From Macrostomum lignano (Eukaryota): 64,000 bases of DNA. The stretch spans positions 75,315 to 139,314 of the forward strand of contig NIVC01002803.1 of assembly GCA_002269645.1 (NCBI GenBank). Direction: 5' to 3'. Positions 32,968 through 46,789 of this stretch are shown here, one piece after another. Every line of letters begins with the position of its first letter. The stretch's first letter is position 1. The notes beneath the pieces are model-generated. The model saw only the letters and a list, made by a program, of their open reading frames with translations. It was not told the DNA's origin and did not search any database. Made by a program: the position numbers and the translations under genes.

Positions 32968-35093
32968 CTTCTCAAGCTCAGCAAGACGAGAATTGCCTGT
33001 ACGGCTTCAGCGATTTAGATAGCAGCAACGACGCGCCGTACATTCCGCCCATTGCCGGCCAGCAGCAGCCGCCGCAGCAGCAGCAGCAGCTTCAGGCGCA
33101 TCAGCAATCGGCAAGTCGGGGAGGCGGTGGCCCGCCCCACGGTGTGCCGGCGGCGCCTAAGCAGATCGACTCGCAGATTGACGGCATAATTAGCAATCTG
33201 GAGCAGGACTCAAATCTTATCGACTTCTTAGAGGACAAGCAGCAGCAGGCCGCTAGCGCCAAGGTCGGCCACTCCATCACCGACATTGTCACCCCGGCCT
33301 CGTCCGTGGTAGCTTCGGAGGCCGCCGTCAAGCGACGCAGCGGTGGCGGCCCGTCCACTTCGCAGCAGGCGATGAAACGGCAGCCGTCCGACTCCGCTGG
33401 CGGCACCCCGGCCAAGCACCGGCACCAGATTCCGGACCTCATCAGCAGCGTCACCCGAGATCCGCCCAGCGTTGCCGGTCAATCGGACGCCGGCAAAGAC
33501 TTCCTAGACGAGGTGCTCGAAGATATACAGAGTATTCAGGACAAGGAGCGGGTTGGCGGACGGCATAGTAAAGCAGCCTCCCAGCAACAGGCTCAACAGG
33601 TGCAGCAGCAGCAGCAGCAGCAGCAACCGCAGCAGGAGCAGCAAGCCAAAGCTGCGGCGGCAGCTGCGGCCGCGGCTGCAGCAGATCAGGCCAAGGCGCT
33701 GGGCTCCATTGCCGGCCTGGGCGCTCTGGGCTCGTCTTCGTCCCTATTGGCGTCCTATTATTCAGCTGGCGCCTACGGCCAGATGTTTAACAATCAGTTT
33801 AATAGGCCGAGCTTTCCCGTGCACCCTGATCACCTGCGCTCCCTGTCCGCTCTCGGCTCCAAGTACATGGACGCCGCCGGCCCGTACGCGCAGTACGCCC
33901 AGCAGCAGGCTGGGGTTTCATCCGCCGACCCCGCCTCCGCCGTGTCCACCTCGTCAACTGTCGCACCCGGCCTACCGCCGGCCGCCGGACCATCGGCCAC
34001 CGTCGCTTCGTCGACGGCTTCGTCGGCCACCTCGTCGGCTGCTGCAGCCGCAGCCGCTGCTGCCGCCGCCGCTGCCGCCGCTGGCCAGACGTCGCTGGGC
34101 CTGGCAACTCCGTGGGATGCGTACGGCACCGGCGCCGGCGCTGCCTCGGCGGCAACCTCGACTGCCAATCCGACGGCTGCGTTCGAGTATCTGCGCAACC
34201 AGCTGTCCTCGGATTCTGGTAAGGCGGCTCCCGCTCTCTGAGTCATGATCCCACACTAATCCCACACTCTGAGTCATGATCCCACACAAATCACACACCT
34301 TAAGTCATGATCCCACACAAATCACACACCTTAAGTCATGATCCCACACAATTCCCACACTTGGAGTCATGATCCCACACTAATCTCACACTCTGAGTCA
34401 TGATCCCACACAATTCCCATACTCGGAGTCATGGTCCCACACAATTACCCCACCCTGAGTCATGATCCCACACAAATCTCACACTCTGAGAATCGTTATC
34501 CCACACACTGAGAATCGAAATCCCACACACTGAAAATCAAAATCCCACACACTGAGAATCGAAATCATACACTTTGAGAATCGAAATCCCACGCACTGAG
34601 AATCGAACTCCCACACACAATGATCCCACAACCAGAGTGACACCCATAGGATTAGCATGGAAATGCTATTTCTGATGCCAATTGCCTCCCCCCGCCCCCA
34701 GCGGCCAAGCCCGATCCCTACCGGTCGTTCGGCGACGCCTACCGAGCCTCAACGGACCTGTACAACCCGCTGCACCAGTCGCTGCCGTACAACTCCAGCC
34801 TGTACGGCGCCAGGGACCCGGGCGCCATTGGCAGCTACCCGACTGCCCCGTTCGTCCAGCCGCCCAAGCCTGGCGCGGCCGGACCCGCTGCTGCTCATCC
34901 CGGCACCGCGGCCGCCGCCGCAGCCGCCGCTTTCATGCCGCCGTCCGGTTTCTATAATCCTGCCGCCGCCGCTGCTAATGTCTACGGCGCGGCGGCTGCT
35001 GCCGGCGGCCAGTTGAGGCCGCCGCTCACCTCGGACCCGTATAGGAATCCGATGCTGCCCACCATGCCGCTGAACCACCGCTACCCGTTCTGA
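29746..35093 (+). CDS. Large C2H2 zinc-finger protein (4 fingers; acidic repeat N-terminus; polyQ/polyA), ~1,600 aa, with apparent -1 frameshift at 32133-32136
   Basis: Exon 29746-34218 (donor G|GTAAGG) and exon 34702-35093 (acceptor CCCCAG, ends ...NHRYPF*). Fingers: CKHC..HVKSIH; CPVRNC..HIAEMH; CPWPGC..HTCKH plus TGLRP linker; CQLC..HHRQMH. The start codon and any upstream exons are uncertain. Confidence 0.8.
30170..30710 (+). repeat. Coding 21-bp tandem repeat (A-E-S-V-E-Q-S heptads)
   Basis: About 25 units of GCTGAGTCGGTTGAGCAGTCA-like sequence, in frame. Confidence 0.9.
34238..34640. repeat. ~31-bp degenerate minisatellite (GAGTCATGATCCCACAC core) in the zinc-finger gene intron
   Basis: Direct observation. 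Confidence 0.85.
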
Positions 35094-37265
35094 TGCAGTG
35101 TACAGACAAGGTAATTCAACTTTATGAAACTTCAGCTGTTGCGTAATTAAGCGCGTGATCTTGAGAAGTGTCAGCTGGTCACGTGATATCGGATAGAGAG
35201 CGCCCGAACCTGATAAATCTGCAGGTAGGAAAAAAAAGCTCAAAAAAGGTTTATCAACTGGCCCGAGAGTTCCAATTAATGCAGCTGAGAGTGATTATTG
35301 TCACGCGGATGTTATGATAATTATCATATCCAGTATTTATGCTTTGGAGTCCAGCATATATGATTTGTGTGTTTGCGTGTCACTAGCGATACTACTGCTG
35401 CCTAGCTAAACTCAGTAGTATTTTTCTCTATGTCCGCTCGCCTTTATATAGCTTCTAATGCTGCTTAATTATTAATTAATTTTATTCTGTAGCTCAGTCA
35501 TCTCTATTGGCCTCCCGTTTATGATAATCCTTTGTGATGAACCCCCCCCCCTCTATCTGTGTGTTTATCCTGTTTATACACATACATTGCTTTGAAATCG
35601 CATGTATCAATTTCTGGATTCAAGTGTACGTTTTTTATGTAAGAAAAAACTTTTTAAGCGCATGCAGAATTGCAAATTGATTAGTTTTAAATCGTGGCCC
35701 CTGTAAAATCCCTGATTGAGCGTTTTGGGGATCAATGCTGCTTTTTATAAAAAAAGAAAGTCTGGAACTAGCTCACCTGTACTACTAAGGCTTTTTTCTA
35801 CTCGATATTACTGTCAGTAGCCACTTGCGCGTCTTTGCACAGCCGTCGCGTTTTACTAATTTATTTTGTATAAACATTTTTTAGTACATGTAAAAATATA
35901 CGATATCGGTTTTAATTGTTTTTTTCTAATCTAAACTGCATGTATATTCACCTGCCTTTATTATACTACTTGTCGTTAATAGTAGTAGTAGTATGAACAA
36001 TTTTTTGTCGCCTAATTTTATTTATTCAACGGTTTTTGTAGAGCAAACGCCAGCTAGGGCCTTTTTAGCCTCTTCCCCAGCCGATGAAATGCATGCCTGT
36101 TTTCGCAACTTTGCCTCGCGAGCAATGACCAGTTTAGTATGTTTATATATTTATAATTTCACTCAGCTGTGCATAAGGTTCTCCATCATTATATATTGAC
36201 TTGCGTAAAAACTCGTACTTAACGCTTCGACGCGTCCTCCACTAGTTTTTGCACCTTTTTGTGTGTCTCACTGCAACTGTGTAAATAATTCTGTTTTATA
36301 TATTATATCATATATATTATACTAACCGTTTGCTTGTTAATTTAATTGTTAATAATAATGTTAATCAGCGATATAGATATCGTGGCAGTCCCCCATGTGT
36401 CTGCAGCTTTTATTATTTAATAATATAATTACTATAACTATATATTATTATTATTATTATCGTTATACAAAAATTTGCAGTAAAACTATAGCCGATTATG
36501 CAGACTTACAATCTTTGAGAAGCAAGCCTTTGTATGTTGTCTGTCTGTCTCTTGGTCTAATTTATTTCCAATTAGTCCGCCATTTTGGTTCCGTTCTCAC
36601 CTGTCTCAATGATGCAGCACTTTTTATTTATTAATCGCTTTTTAGTATTATAAAAAATAGGTGTGCGCGCTTGATTGTTGTAACCGCGAGCCATATTGCG
36701 CTTGCTACTACTGATAATGAAATTAATAAGTAGTATGATTGCAATCTAGTTAGTCTGTCTTTAATCGCCTTTTTTTAACTGGCTAAATAATCCCAGCTGT
36801 CGCCTAGCTTAGCTAATCTCCCATCTTTTGCGCCCCTCTCACCTGTTTGGCCTCTGCTTCTAACTTTTTTATTTAACCTGCTCTATACATTATCAATTTC
36901 GGTTGCACCTGAGTGGTTATTATATTTCACTAAAGCTATGCAAAGTTGGCCCGTAACACTGGGTACAGTTTTGCTCTCATCTTCATCACCATCATCATCA
37001 CTATTACTAATTCTAATTTGCAATTAAATTTGAAAACAGCTTCTCCCACGTTATATGAACCGCAAACTAGCATACATATTCATATTCATAAATATATAAA
37101 TCTAGCATATAGCATTCTCTGCTGTTATAACTTTTTTGTTTTTCTCGGCAGCATCCTGTAAAACTACGCAGATATTTGTTATTGGTGGCCTTTCTATCGA
37201 CTTGCTTCTTTGGGGAACTCTTGATTGCCTTGCGCCAGCCATCACTTGAAGCTGATGCCATAATT

Positions 37266-38200
37266 AGCAGTTGCATCATCTGCAATCACCTGTCATCATC
37301 AGCAGTTGCATAATCTGCAATCACCTGTCATCATCAGCAGTTGCATCATCTGCAATCACCTGTCATCATCAGCAGTTGCATCATCTGCAATCACCTAGTC
37401 ATCATCAGCAGTTGCATCATCTGCAATCACCTGTCATCATCAGCAGTTGCATCATCTGCAATCACCTGTCATCATCAGCAGTTGCATCATCTACAATCAC
37501 CTGTCATCATCAGCAGTTGCATCATCTGCAATCACCTTGAAGCTGTGGGTGTCATCAGCAGTTGCATCATCTGCTATCACCTTGAAGCTGTGGGTGTCAT
37601 CAGCAGTTACATCATCTGCAATCACCTGGTCATTATCAGCAGTTGCATCATCTGCAATCACCTGTCATTATCAGCAGTTGCATCATCTGCAATCACCTGT
37701 CATTATCAGCAGTTGCATCATCTGCAATCACCTGTCATTATCAGCAGTTGCATCATCTGCAATCACCTAGTCATCATCAGCAGTTGCATCATCTGCAATC
37801 ACCTAGTCATCATCAGCAGTTGCATCATCTGCAATCACCTGGTCATTATCAGCAGTTGCATCATCTGCAATCACCTAGTCATCATCAGCAGTTGCATCAT
37901 CTGCAATCACCTAGTCATCATCAGCAGTTGCATCATCTGCAATCACCTAGTCATCATCAGCAGTTGCATCATCTGCAATCACCTAGTCATCATCAGCAGT
38001 TGCATCATCTGCAATCACCTAGTCATCATCAGCAGTTGCATCATCTGCAATCACCTAGTCATCATCAGCAGTTGCATCATCTGCAATCACCTGGTCATCA
38101 TCAGCAGTTGCATCATCTGCAATCACCTAGTCATCATCAGCAGTTGCATCATCTGCAATCACCTAGTCATCATCAGCAGTTGCATCATCTGCCATCACCT
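37266..38200. repeat. 35/36-bp minisatellite CATCAGCAGTTGCATCATCTGCAATCACCT(A)GTCAT
   Basis: About 26 units; explains the HHQQLHHLQSP / IISSCIICNHL ORFs. Confidence 0.93.
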
Positions 38201-38421
38201 TGAAGCTGTGGCTAGCATTACCATCTCTATTGTTCAAATAAAGTACGGAACTACTTCCGAAAAGTGTAGGAAGAATCTGTTTAATCGCGTATATTGCTCT
38301 AGAAATTAAGAGAACTATATAGTATGCTCGTTCAAAAAGTAGCCATGTTCTTACGGTTTCTTACGGTTTTTTGAAAACTTTGAAATAAATAATAGCTATG
38401 CAAGTTGCTCACTCCGCCTTG

Positions 38422-41400
38422 TTACGGAATGTACTCGATGATGCTGCTGTCGTCAGTCTTTTCGGCGGCATCATCTTCGGCGAATTTCACGTAGCCCCCG
38501 GCAACCAGATAGGCGAGCTGGTCCTGCGAGGAAGTGTGGGGTGTATTGATTAGGAATTTGTGTACCGTTGTTTATGTAGCATCGAAATAATTAACACTAA
38601 TTGGACTAACGACGCACATTGGATTGGATTGACTAGGCTGTACAAAGACCTTAATTGGATTGACTAGGCTACACAAAGACCTTGGATAGGATTAACTAGG
38701 CTGCACAAGATCTGAATTGGATTGACTAGGCTGCATGTACAAAGACCTGAATTGGATTGACTAGGCTGCACAAAGACCTGAATTGGATTGACTAGGCTGC
38801 ACAAGATCTGAATTGGATTGACTAGGCTGCACAAAGACCTTGGATAGGATTAACTAGGCTGCACAAGATCTGAATTGGATTGACTAGGCTGCACAAAGAC
38901 CTGAATTGGATTGATTAGGCTGTACAAAAACCTGAATTGGATTGACGTCGAGACTGAACGAAGACCTGAGTTGGATTAACTTGGCTGCACAAAGACCTGG
39001 ACTGGATTGACTAGGCTGCACAAAGACCTGAATTGGATTGACTAGACTGAACAAAGACCTGAGTTGGATTAACTTGGCTGCACAAAGACCTAGACTGGAT
39101 TGACTAGGCTGCACAAAGACCTGAATTGGATTGACTAGACTGAACAAAGACCTGAGTTGGATTAACTTGGCTGCACAAAGACTTGGATTGGATTGACTAG
39201 GCTGCACAAAGATCTATATGTAAATTGGATTGACTAGGCCCCACAAAGACCAATAAATTTAGAACAAAGATCTTAAACAAAAGCAGCTATATAAGGTTAA
39301 ATTGGATAAATGCCACACAGTTCAAGCTTTTTGGATTAAGGACCCCAGCAACTCACCGCAAAAAAGGCAGTCTGCAGTGTGAACTGCTGCAGCTGTTCCT
39401 GCACTAATTGGAAAAGATCTTTTCTAGTCAGCTGACGCCGCTGCTTCATCACTGTCACGATGGCGCACTGGACTTTCTTCTCTTTCATCCGTTGGTCCAG
39501 CTTCTCAAGGCGTCTGCGCTGCTTCTGGGCCTGCTGCTGCTGCAGGATCATCAGGTTCACCTGCTTTGCGTCACTGCGGAGCGGGTGGGATCAACTGTAC
39601 ACCACTCCCTGCAGCTCCCTCACAACCAGTCCGCTGACTCCTGAACACATGCAAGCGTGTCAATACTGTACGCAGGCACGGGCTCATGCACACGCTCACG
39701 CAGGGTGTACAACGGCCCCTGACTTTCTAATCGTCAGACATGTACACTCTGTGTGGCTTGGGGGCTGGCCGTCACGGCTGTGAAGCGCACGACAACCCAC
39801 CCGGTCAATTTTCGTTCACGCATCAAGCCCCAAATGAATATTTGGAACCGACCGACTAAGCTTCAACTCCGCTCACCTGTCAAAGCCGTCATTAACAGCG
39901 TAACAACGAGACCGTCTCCGACCTCCACCGCCACGGTCCTCGTCCTCGATCTCAGACTGCTGCACTTCGCTGCTGTCAGAATTTTCGAGCAGCACCCCGG
40001 CGCGGCTCAGATGGTGCAGGTAGAACGCCAGCTCCGTCTGCTTCATCCCGGTGCTCAGCTGCAGCTGGGTCTCCGTCACGCCCCGGTCCGATTCAGCTTC
40101 GTCGCAGTGCAGCAGCAGCAGCAGCACCGCGGCAGAGCAGCGCAGGTGAATCGGTGCGGCGCGTTGGCGCGGCCAGAATGCCAGCAGGCCGGAGCCGAAC
40201 GAGTGCACCAGGCTCACCCTGCGCCCGCTGTGCCGCGACTCGTACTCTCGGACAGCCGCTTCGGCTACGGGAGCCAGCTGCAGGGGATGCGGATCTTTGG
40301 TTGCTATCCGTGCGTGCAAGCCTTGCTTCTACATTTCACTCACCATCGTCAAAATTAATTTCGATACATATCGGTTATCGACACAGGCCTGGCCTAGTTT
40401 CCGCAGGTTCTATACATTTAAAGGCTTATAAATCACATTAGCAAACAGCTATAGATAGGCCTCAAAGGACTCCAAAATCTTTTTGAATTTTATGGTGCTG
40501 CTGCATGAAAACGCCTAACTCACATAGAAGTTATATTGATGGATTTGGCAGGGATCTTCCCCACACTCCCTCTCTCGCTCACTCTCTCCCCTCTGACTCT
40601 CTCCCTCTCACTCTCTCCCCTTTCACTATCTCCCCTCCCGCTCTCTCTCCCCTCTCACTCTCTCCCCTTTCACTATCTCCCCTCTCGCTCTCTCTCCCCT
40701 CTCACTCTCTCTCGCCTCTCACTCTCTCCCCTCTCACTCTCTCTCGCCTCTCACTCTCTCCCCTCTCACTCTCTCTCGCCTCTCACTCTCTCCCCTCTCA
40801 CTCTCTCTCGCCTCTCATTCTCTCCCCTCTCACTCTCCCCTCTGACTCTCTCCCCCCTGACTTTCTCTCCCCTCATTCTCCTCCTCTCACTCTCTCCCCT
40901 CTGACTCTCTTCCCTCTGACCCTCTCCCCTCACTCTCCCCCTCTCATTCTCCTCCTCTCACTCTCTCCCCTCTGACTCTCTTCCCTCTGACCCTCTCCCC
41001 TCACTCTCCCCCTCTCATTCTCCTCCTCTCACTCTCTCCCCTCTCACTCTCTTCTCTCTTCACTCTCTCCCCTCTCTCTCCCCCTCCCTCTCTCTCTATA
41101 TCTCCTTCGCTTCCTCTCCCATCTCCCTCCATCCTAGCCCCAGCTGGTCACCTGGCGCGGCAGGCGCGCAGACTCGGCGGAGATCCGCCAGAAGTAGCCG
41201 CGGGCGAAGGTGAACCGGACGGGCACCTGGCCGCCGAACAGCCGCCGCTGCAGGTCGCGATAATCCGTCCGTTCGCGCAGCTCCGCATTGAAACTCTCTG
41301 ATTCGCGGAAATCTTTCAGCACACTTTTCACCTCGTAGAGAGCCTTCCAGCCGCTCAGCTGGGTGAAGCTGTCGAGGGCGAAGGTCTCCGCCTCGAGGCT

Positions 41401-44400
41401 CAGCTGTTCGGAGGCCTCCGAGAGCAGGCGCTCGCGCAGAAGCGAGTGATAGCGCAGCATGAACGATTCCTTGTCCTCTAGCAGGCTGTAGAGCGTCATC
41501 TGACCACGCAAGGGTTGCACCTGTGCCTGTCACTTCATTTAGCAACACCCAAAACGAATAGAAATTCTAAACTTACACAAACGACAAACCCACACATCCT
41601 GCACCCACACAGAAAAAAATGAAACCCCACCCCAGCTGAAACACCACACTCGCAGACTCCCATACCAGCGGAATCCCACACTAGCGGAAACCAAGCACCA
41701 GCGGAATCCCACACTAGCAGAAACCCCACACTAGCAGAAACCCCACACTAGCAGAAACCCCACACCAGCGGAATCCCACACTAGCAGAAACCCCACACTA
41801 GCGGAAACCCCGCACCAGCGGAATCCCACACTAGCGGAAACCCCGCACCAGCGGAATCCCACAATAGCGGAAACCCCACACCAGCGGAATCCCACACTAA
41901 CAGAAACCCCACACCAGCGGAATCCCACACTAGCAGAAACCCCACACCAGCGGAATCCCACACTAGCGGAAACCCCACACCAGCGGAATCCCACACTAGC
42001 AGAAACCCCACACCAGCGGAATCCCACAATAGCGGAAACCCCACACCAGCGGAATCCCACACTAGCAGAAACCCCACACCAGCGGAATCCCACAATAGCG
42101 GAAACCCCACACCAGCGGAATCCCACACTAGCAGAAACCCCACACCAGCGGAATCCCACACTAACAGAAACCCCACACCAGCGGAATCCCACACTAGCGG
42201 AAACCCCGCACCAGCGGAATCCCACAATAGCGGAAACCAAGCACCAGCGGAATCCCACACTAGCGGAAACCCCGCACCAGCGGAATCCCGCACTAGCGGA
42301 AACCCCACACCAGCGGAATCCCGCACTAGCGGAAACCCCACACTAGCAGAAACCCCACACTAGCGGAAACCCCACACCAGCGGAATCCCACACTAGCGGA
42401 AACCCCACACCAGCGGAATCCCACACTAGCGGAAACCTCGCACCAGCGGAACCCCACACTAGCGGAAACCCCGCACCTAACCGAGCACCCAGACTGGCCC
42501 AGCAGGCGCACCAAGTCTCCCAGCGCCTCCACTGTCGCGGCGTCCAGCGCTCGCACGGCGCGCATCTGCCTGTGGAAATGGTGCGCCAGCGCCGCCGCCG
42601 GGTAGCCGCTGCCCACCGACGAGAGCGGGCCGACGCCGCCAGAGTTCAACACGTCCGCGATGCCGGCTCGGACCTGCGAGGGGGAATATTGAAATACAGT
42701 TGGCTTCTTTAGAGCAGTTTTAGTACAAGGTTTCAATATTTCGATTTTTCTTTCTTGGCTCATCTCAGCCAATTATCTTTGCCTTATCTATTATCGTATT
42801 TTATTTTATCTTCTTATCTCACTCTTATGTCCCGTGGAGCAGTCCCCCAGGCTTTTGGTCTGGGGGTCGCGTCATTTTATCCTAAGTGTGATCTTATCTT
42901 TTTTCATTGTTATCTTATCTGGTCTCGTTTTTTAGCTCAACGCGCATTTCATTTCATCTCATCGGGACTAAACTTGATTGCAATTTTGATTAAATTTATT
43001 CCGCCAAGTTCAAAGTTTAGAGGTCCGCCAAGCGCCCAGTCTGCTCAATCATCTGGCAGTCACGCGCGGCTCTCAGTCTCACCGTGCCCAACAGGAGACT
43101 CCTGCTGAGAGACGGCTGCTGCAGCTCGATGGTCGCCTCGATGATCGATTTGCAGTGGCGCAGCTGCGAGACGCAGGCCTCGATGTACATTGAGGTGGCC
43201 TGAGTTGAGAAGGGCGAGTGAGACAGCGTAATGAGGTCATTACAGAGAACTTTCGCGAGAAATCTCATCTCAAATATCTACCTGAGAATCTCAACCCAAA
43301 TATCTACCTGATAATCTCACCCCAAATATCTGCATGAGAATCTCACCTTAATATCTACCTGAGAATATATATAACTAAACCTGAAATCTCACCCTAAAAA
43401 TCTCATCTCAAATATCTACCTGAGAATCTCTACCCAAAATCTACCCGAGAATCTCACCTCAAAATATCTACCTGAGAATCTCATCACAGATGTCTACCTG
43501 AGAATCTCTCCCTAAAAATTCACCTGAGAATCCTACCCGATACCCGAGAATCGTTAGTATCACACCAATCTCAACAGAATCTCAAAAGTCAAAGCGGCAA
43601 CTCAACAATGGATTTGAGCGCACCTTAGCCGAATTAGGATCCAACGATCTGAATTCCTCTCTAATTCCGTCAAAAACTTGGAGCATTTTGTCTTTAACGA
43701 ATCGCCTGATGACCTCCAGAAGGTGCTCCTGCCCGCCGTCAACCATGATCATGACGCTGAAGAACAAGCTGAGCCCGTGACTGTCGCTGTCAATCAGCAG
43801 CTGCTTCACCGTCTCGCCAAGCTCAGCCAGGTGCGCCTTCACCGTCTCCTGCAGCAGGCAGCTGACTACAGCATCGCGGAAGCCGTGAACGTTGAAGCTG
43901 ACGGCTAGCAGCTCCTCAGTCATCAGCCAGTCGCTGACGCTGCGAGCAACCAAGTTGGAGTCGAACGGATGCAGCTTTGGCTGGTAGAACTGCTCCAGGC
44001 AGTGCAGGTACGGCTTGACCAGCACTCTGGCCACGGTGAACTGCTCAGGAGAGTCGGCGGCGGCGTCTGCATCCTCGGTAGAGCTGCCGCCCTGCCACCG
44101 ATCGTACGGGCAGATTCGATGCCCATCGGTGGCCAGGTACATCTGGAATCTTTCGTACTCTTGCAGCAGGCTCACGAACTGGTGCACCGGCTGCAGTTCG
44201 CTGGTCTCCCAACTGCGGCCCGCGGCGTGAATCTCGTGGAAAATGGAAACAGCCACCTGCCTGGCTACGTGCTTGAGAAAATTTTCCAAGCAGACTTGGC
44301 GAATTAAATCGGCAAGACAGAGGCTGCGGTGCCCGATCAGCACGCTGTCGCTCAGCCACTGTCTCATGGGACTCAGGCAGGCTCTAATTACCCGAGAAAA

Positions 44401-44790
44401 CGTATTCAACCGATTCATAAGCTCCAGAAAGTGCTCAATCAGCAGCTGCCAACATTGAGCAGCTGTCTCATTAGACAATGCGGAGTCCAGCTGCTTTGCA
44501 CTGCAGCTCATTGCGTCCAGGAGTCTTCTGCGCATTTCGTCGATGCCTAGCTTGAGCACGCGCTCAAACTGTTTCATGAATTGAAGCTGCGGGCTCTGAG
44601 CGTCGGCTGGCACTGATGAGTCGTTTGAGTCGGCGCCGCTCCACAGAGGAGCGACTTTGTGATGAGCGGCTGGGCGCGGCAGCAGCAAGTTGTGCAGCCT
44701 GCTGGCAAACTGCATGCCCTGGCGCACTGTTAGGGACTGGGGCTCCGCTAGGATGCTGTTGATTTCGTCCGTAAATTCTGTCAAATCCAT
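38422..44790 (-). CDS. Divergent cullin-family protein (7 exons, ~871 aa)
   Basis: Exons (minus): 44790-43624, 43199-43083, 42673-42482 (alternative donor 42512), 41520-41152 (alternative acceptor 41499), 40328-39877, 39573-39357, 38523-38422. All GT-AG and phase-consistent. Motifs: LYSLLEDKESFMLRYHSLLRERLL (cf. DKDVF..FY...LAKRLL), YESRHSGRRVSL (cf. FY..HSGRKL), VQCAIVTVMKQRRQL (cf. neddylation IVRIMKSRK), terminal GYV...IEYIP*. Confidence 0.85.
38622..39240. repeat. ~32-33-bp minisatellite TGGATTGACTAGGCTGCACAAAGACCTGAAT, cullin intron 6
   Basis: Direct observation. Confidence 0.9.
40560..41100. repeat. CT-rich minisatellite, cullin intron 4
   Basis: Direct observation. Confidence 0.88.
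41660..42475. repeat. ~33-bp minisatellite CCCCACACCAGCGGAATCCCACACTAGCAGAAA, cullin intron 3
   Basis: Direct observation. Confidence 0.92.
43260..43550. repeat. ~26-bp degenerate minisatellite (TATCTACCTGAGAATCTC core), cullin intron 1
   Basis: Direct observation. Confidence 0.85.
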
Positions 44791-46789
44791 TTTCGCGTTG
44801 ATAATTCGATATTAGAATCGGCTTGATTGTGGGAATCAAGTCTAAATAAGTTTAGTTACCCATGGTCTAAACTAAATTTTAGGGAGTTTATTTATACAAT
44901 TAAGCACTCTATGGAAAATATCAGTTAATTGTTACCCTACCAGCTTCACTTATTGAATTCCGTGGCTATTTTTTTGTTTAAAAGATGAGTTAAGAGGTCA
45001 TGTTCAGAGCTACATGTAAATTTACATAATGTGTATTGAGTAGGACTCTGGAATCAGTTCAGCAACTACATGATGTACATCTAAATCACTACATGTTATA
45101 ACTGGAGACAGTCACAATTAATTGAATACGGCCCTCTCAGTGCCCTGGCGCAATCCTAATTAGGCCGCTATGCGTACCTGGGCGCGACAATGTCAGCCAG
45201 CAGGCAGTCGACGAAGCTCTCAGTGCGCACCTGTCCTCGATATGGTACAGTTAAGGGCCGCATGCATGCATCAAGCTCGATCCGCACGAGCACCAGCAAT
45301 GGCAGTACATGCATGTACAACTCACCGGTACTCGCGGCGTAAAAATGATCATGGGGCGTGTATGGATTTAATGTCCAACTTTTTCGCACTTCGGATCGGA
45401 CAAGACAGCACATTTTGGACTGCTGATCGAGCGAACCCAGCAAACGCAGACAAAACATACTTGTATATACTTATGTCCTCGATCCGCCACTCGTTTTCGA
45501 TCCAAGGAGAACCACATGTAAAGCAACGACGACTATAAAGTCCTTGTTTCGATCTTTACTGACTTGTGACTATGTAGGCAATAATTTGGCAGATTAACAT
45601 ATTGCAGGTCGCTGTCACAAATTCGACTGCACCCCCAATTGCACGCTCGTAACTGGCCAGAAACATTGCTCGGGTCATGCAGTGGCATAAATTGGGTGAA
45701 TAATGAATAATGGTAAATAAAAATAAAATAATACGCATCAAGAGATATTTTAGATTTCTAACATTGCATGATTTCAACAATTGTTTCGCGATGCTAGAGC
45801 TACATGTATCCCTGCTAATATATCCGCTGGAAAACGGAGCGCGAAATACGCCTAAAATGCGCTTTAAAAACGCTCCGGGGGAGGGGTGGGTGGGGGTGCG
45901 CGGCTATGGGGAGGATGGGGGAGCTTCGCGTAAACTTGGCGTAAACATAGCAGGTTGTGCGTAAAGAAGCGTAAAACAGGCGTAAAACTGAGGCACATTT
46001 TCAGAAACCGCCAAAAATACGCCTAGAAACCGCCCACGCACGCCTAACCAGCTGGGGTTTGGGGTGGGGTTAACGCTCGCGGTACGCTTGAAATACGCCT
46101 TGCCCGCTAAGCTTACGCCCGCGGTACGCTTGAGATACGCATGTTGCCAGCCTGGCATACGCCAGTGCTACGCTTGAAATACGCCTTGCCCGGTAATTGC
46201 TTACGCCGCGGTACTTCGGGAATACACTGTACTAGCTGCGTCCCGTACGTAGAAAATAATCAAAAGTGTAAGAGATAATGGCTGAAAATTTTTAGCTAGT
46301 TACCTTAATTGGTTTTTTAATTTATAACACAACTAGGAACGTATGTATTTAATTAAATATTATTTTTTAACATTAACATTAACATTAATTCGCTGGCAAA
46401 TGACTGAGCAAAAAGACAAGCTGCATAAAAGTCGTAGCTGTAACAAGAAAGTAATACAAACAGCAAAGAAAGTTGTAAACGTAAATCTTGAACTGGAACA
46501 TAATAAAATGCTGTGGAGCTGGAGCAGCAAAAACAGTGGAGCTGGAAATGTAATGAGAGCCACAATGTAATTTTTTTGTTTTTTGTAATGCAATGCAAAG
46601 TACTAAAGAACAATAAAAGCATGGCGCTGTTGAGTCAAACTCAACAGATATCCCGGTGCAGCAATAATGAACTTTTCGCCGGGACAAATTTTGTGGGGAA
46701 TCACTAGTAACTTGCAACTGAAAAAACAGTGGATGAGTTGAAGCTAGCTTGCAAGAGCGCTTTTAAACCAGCATGAAGACGAAAACGTG

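Noticed and set aside
37271-38309. His/Gln-rich repeat ORFs (HHQQLHHLQSP)
   Set aside because: Units alternate between 35 and 36 bp, which breaks frame; there is no signal peptide or splice context.
45830-46240. TACGCC/GGCGTA-rich block as a MITE
   Set aside because: Subterminal-like motifs are present, but no convincing TIR pair or TSD was found.
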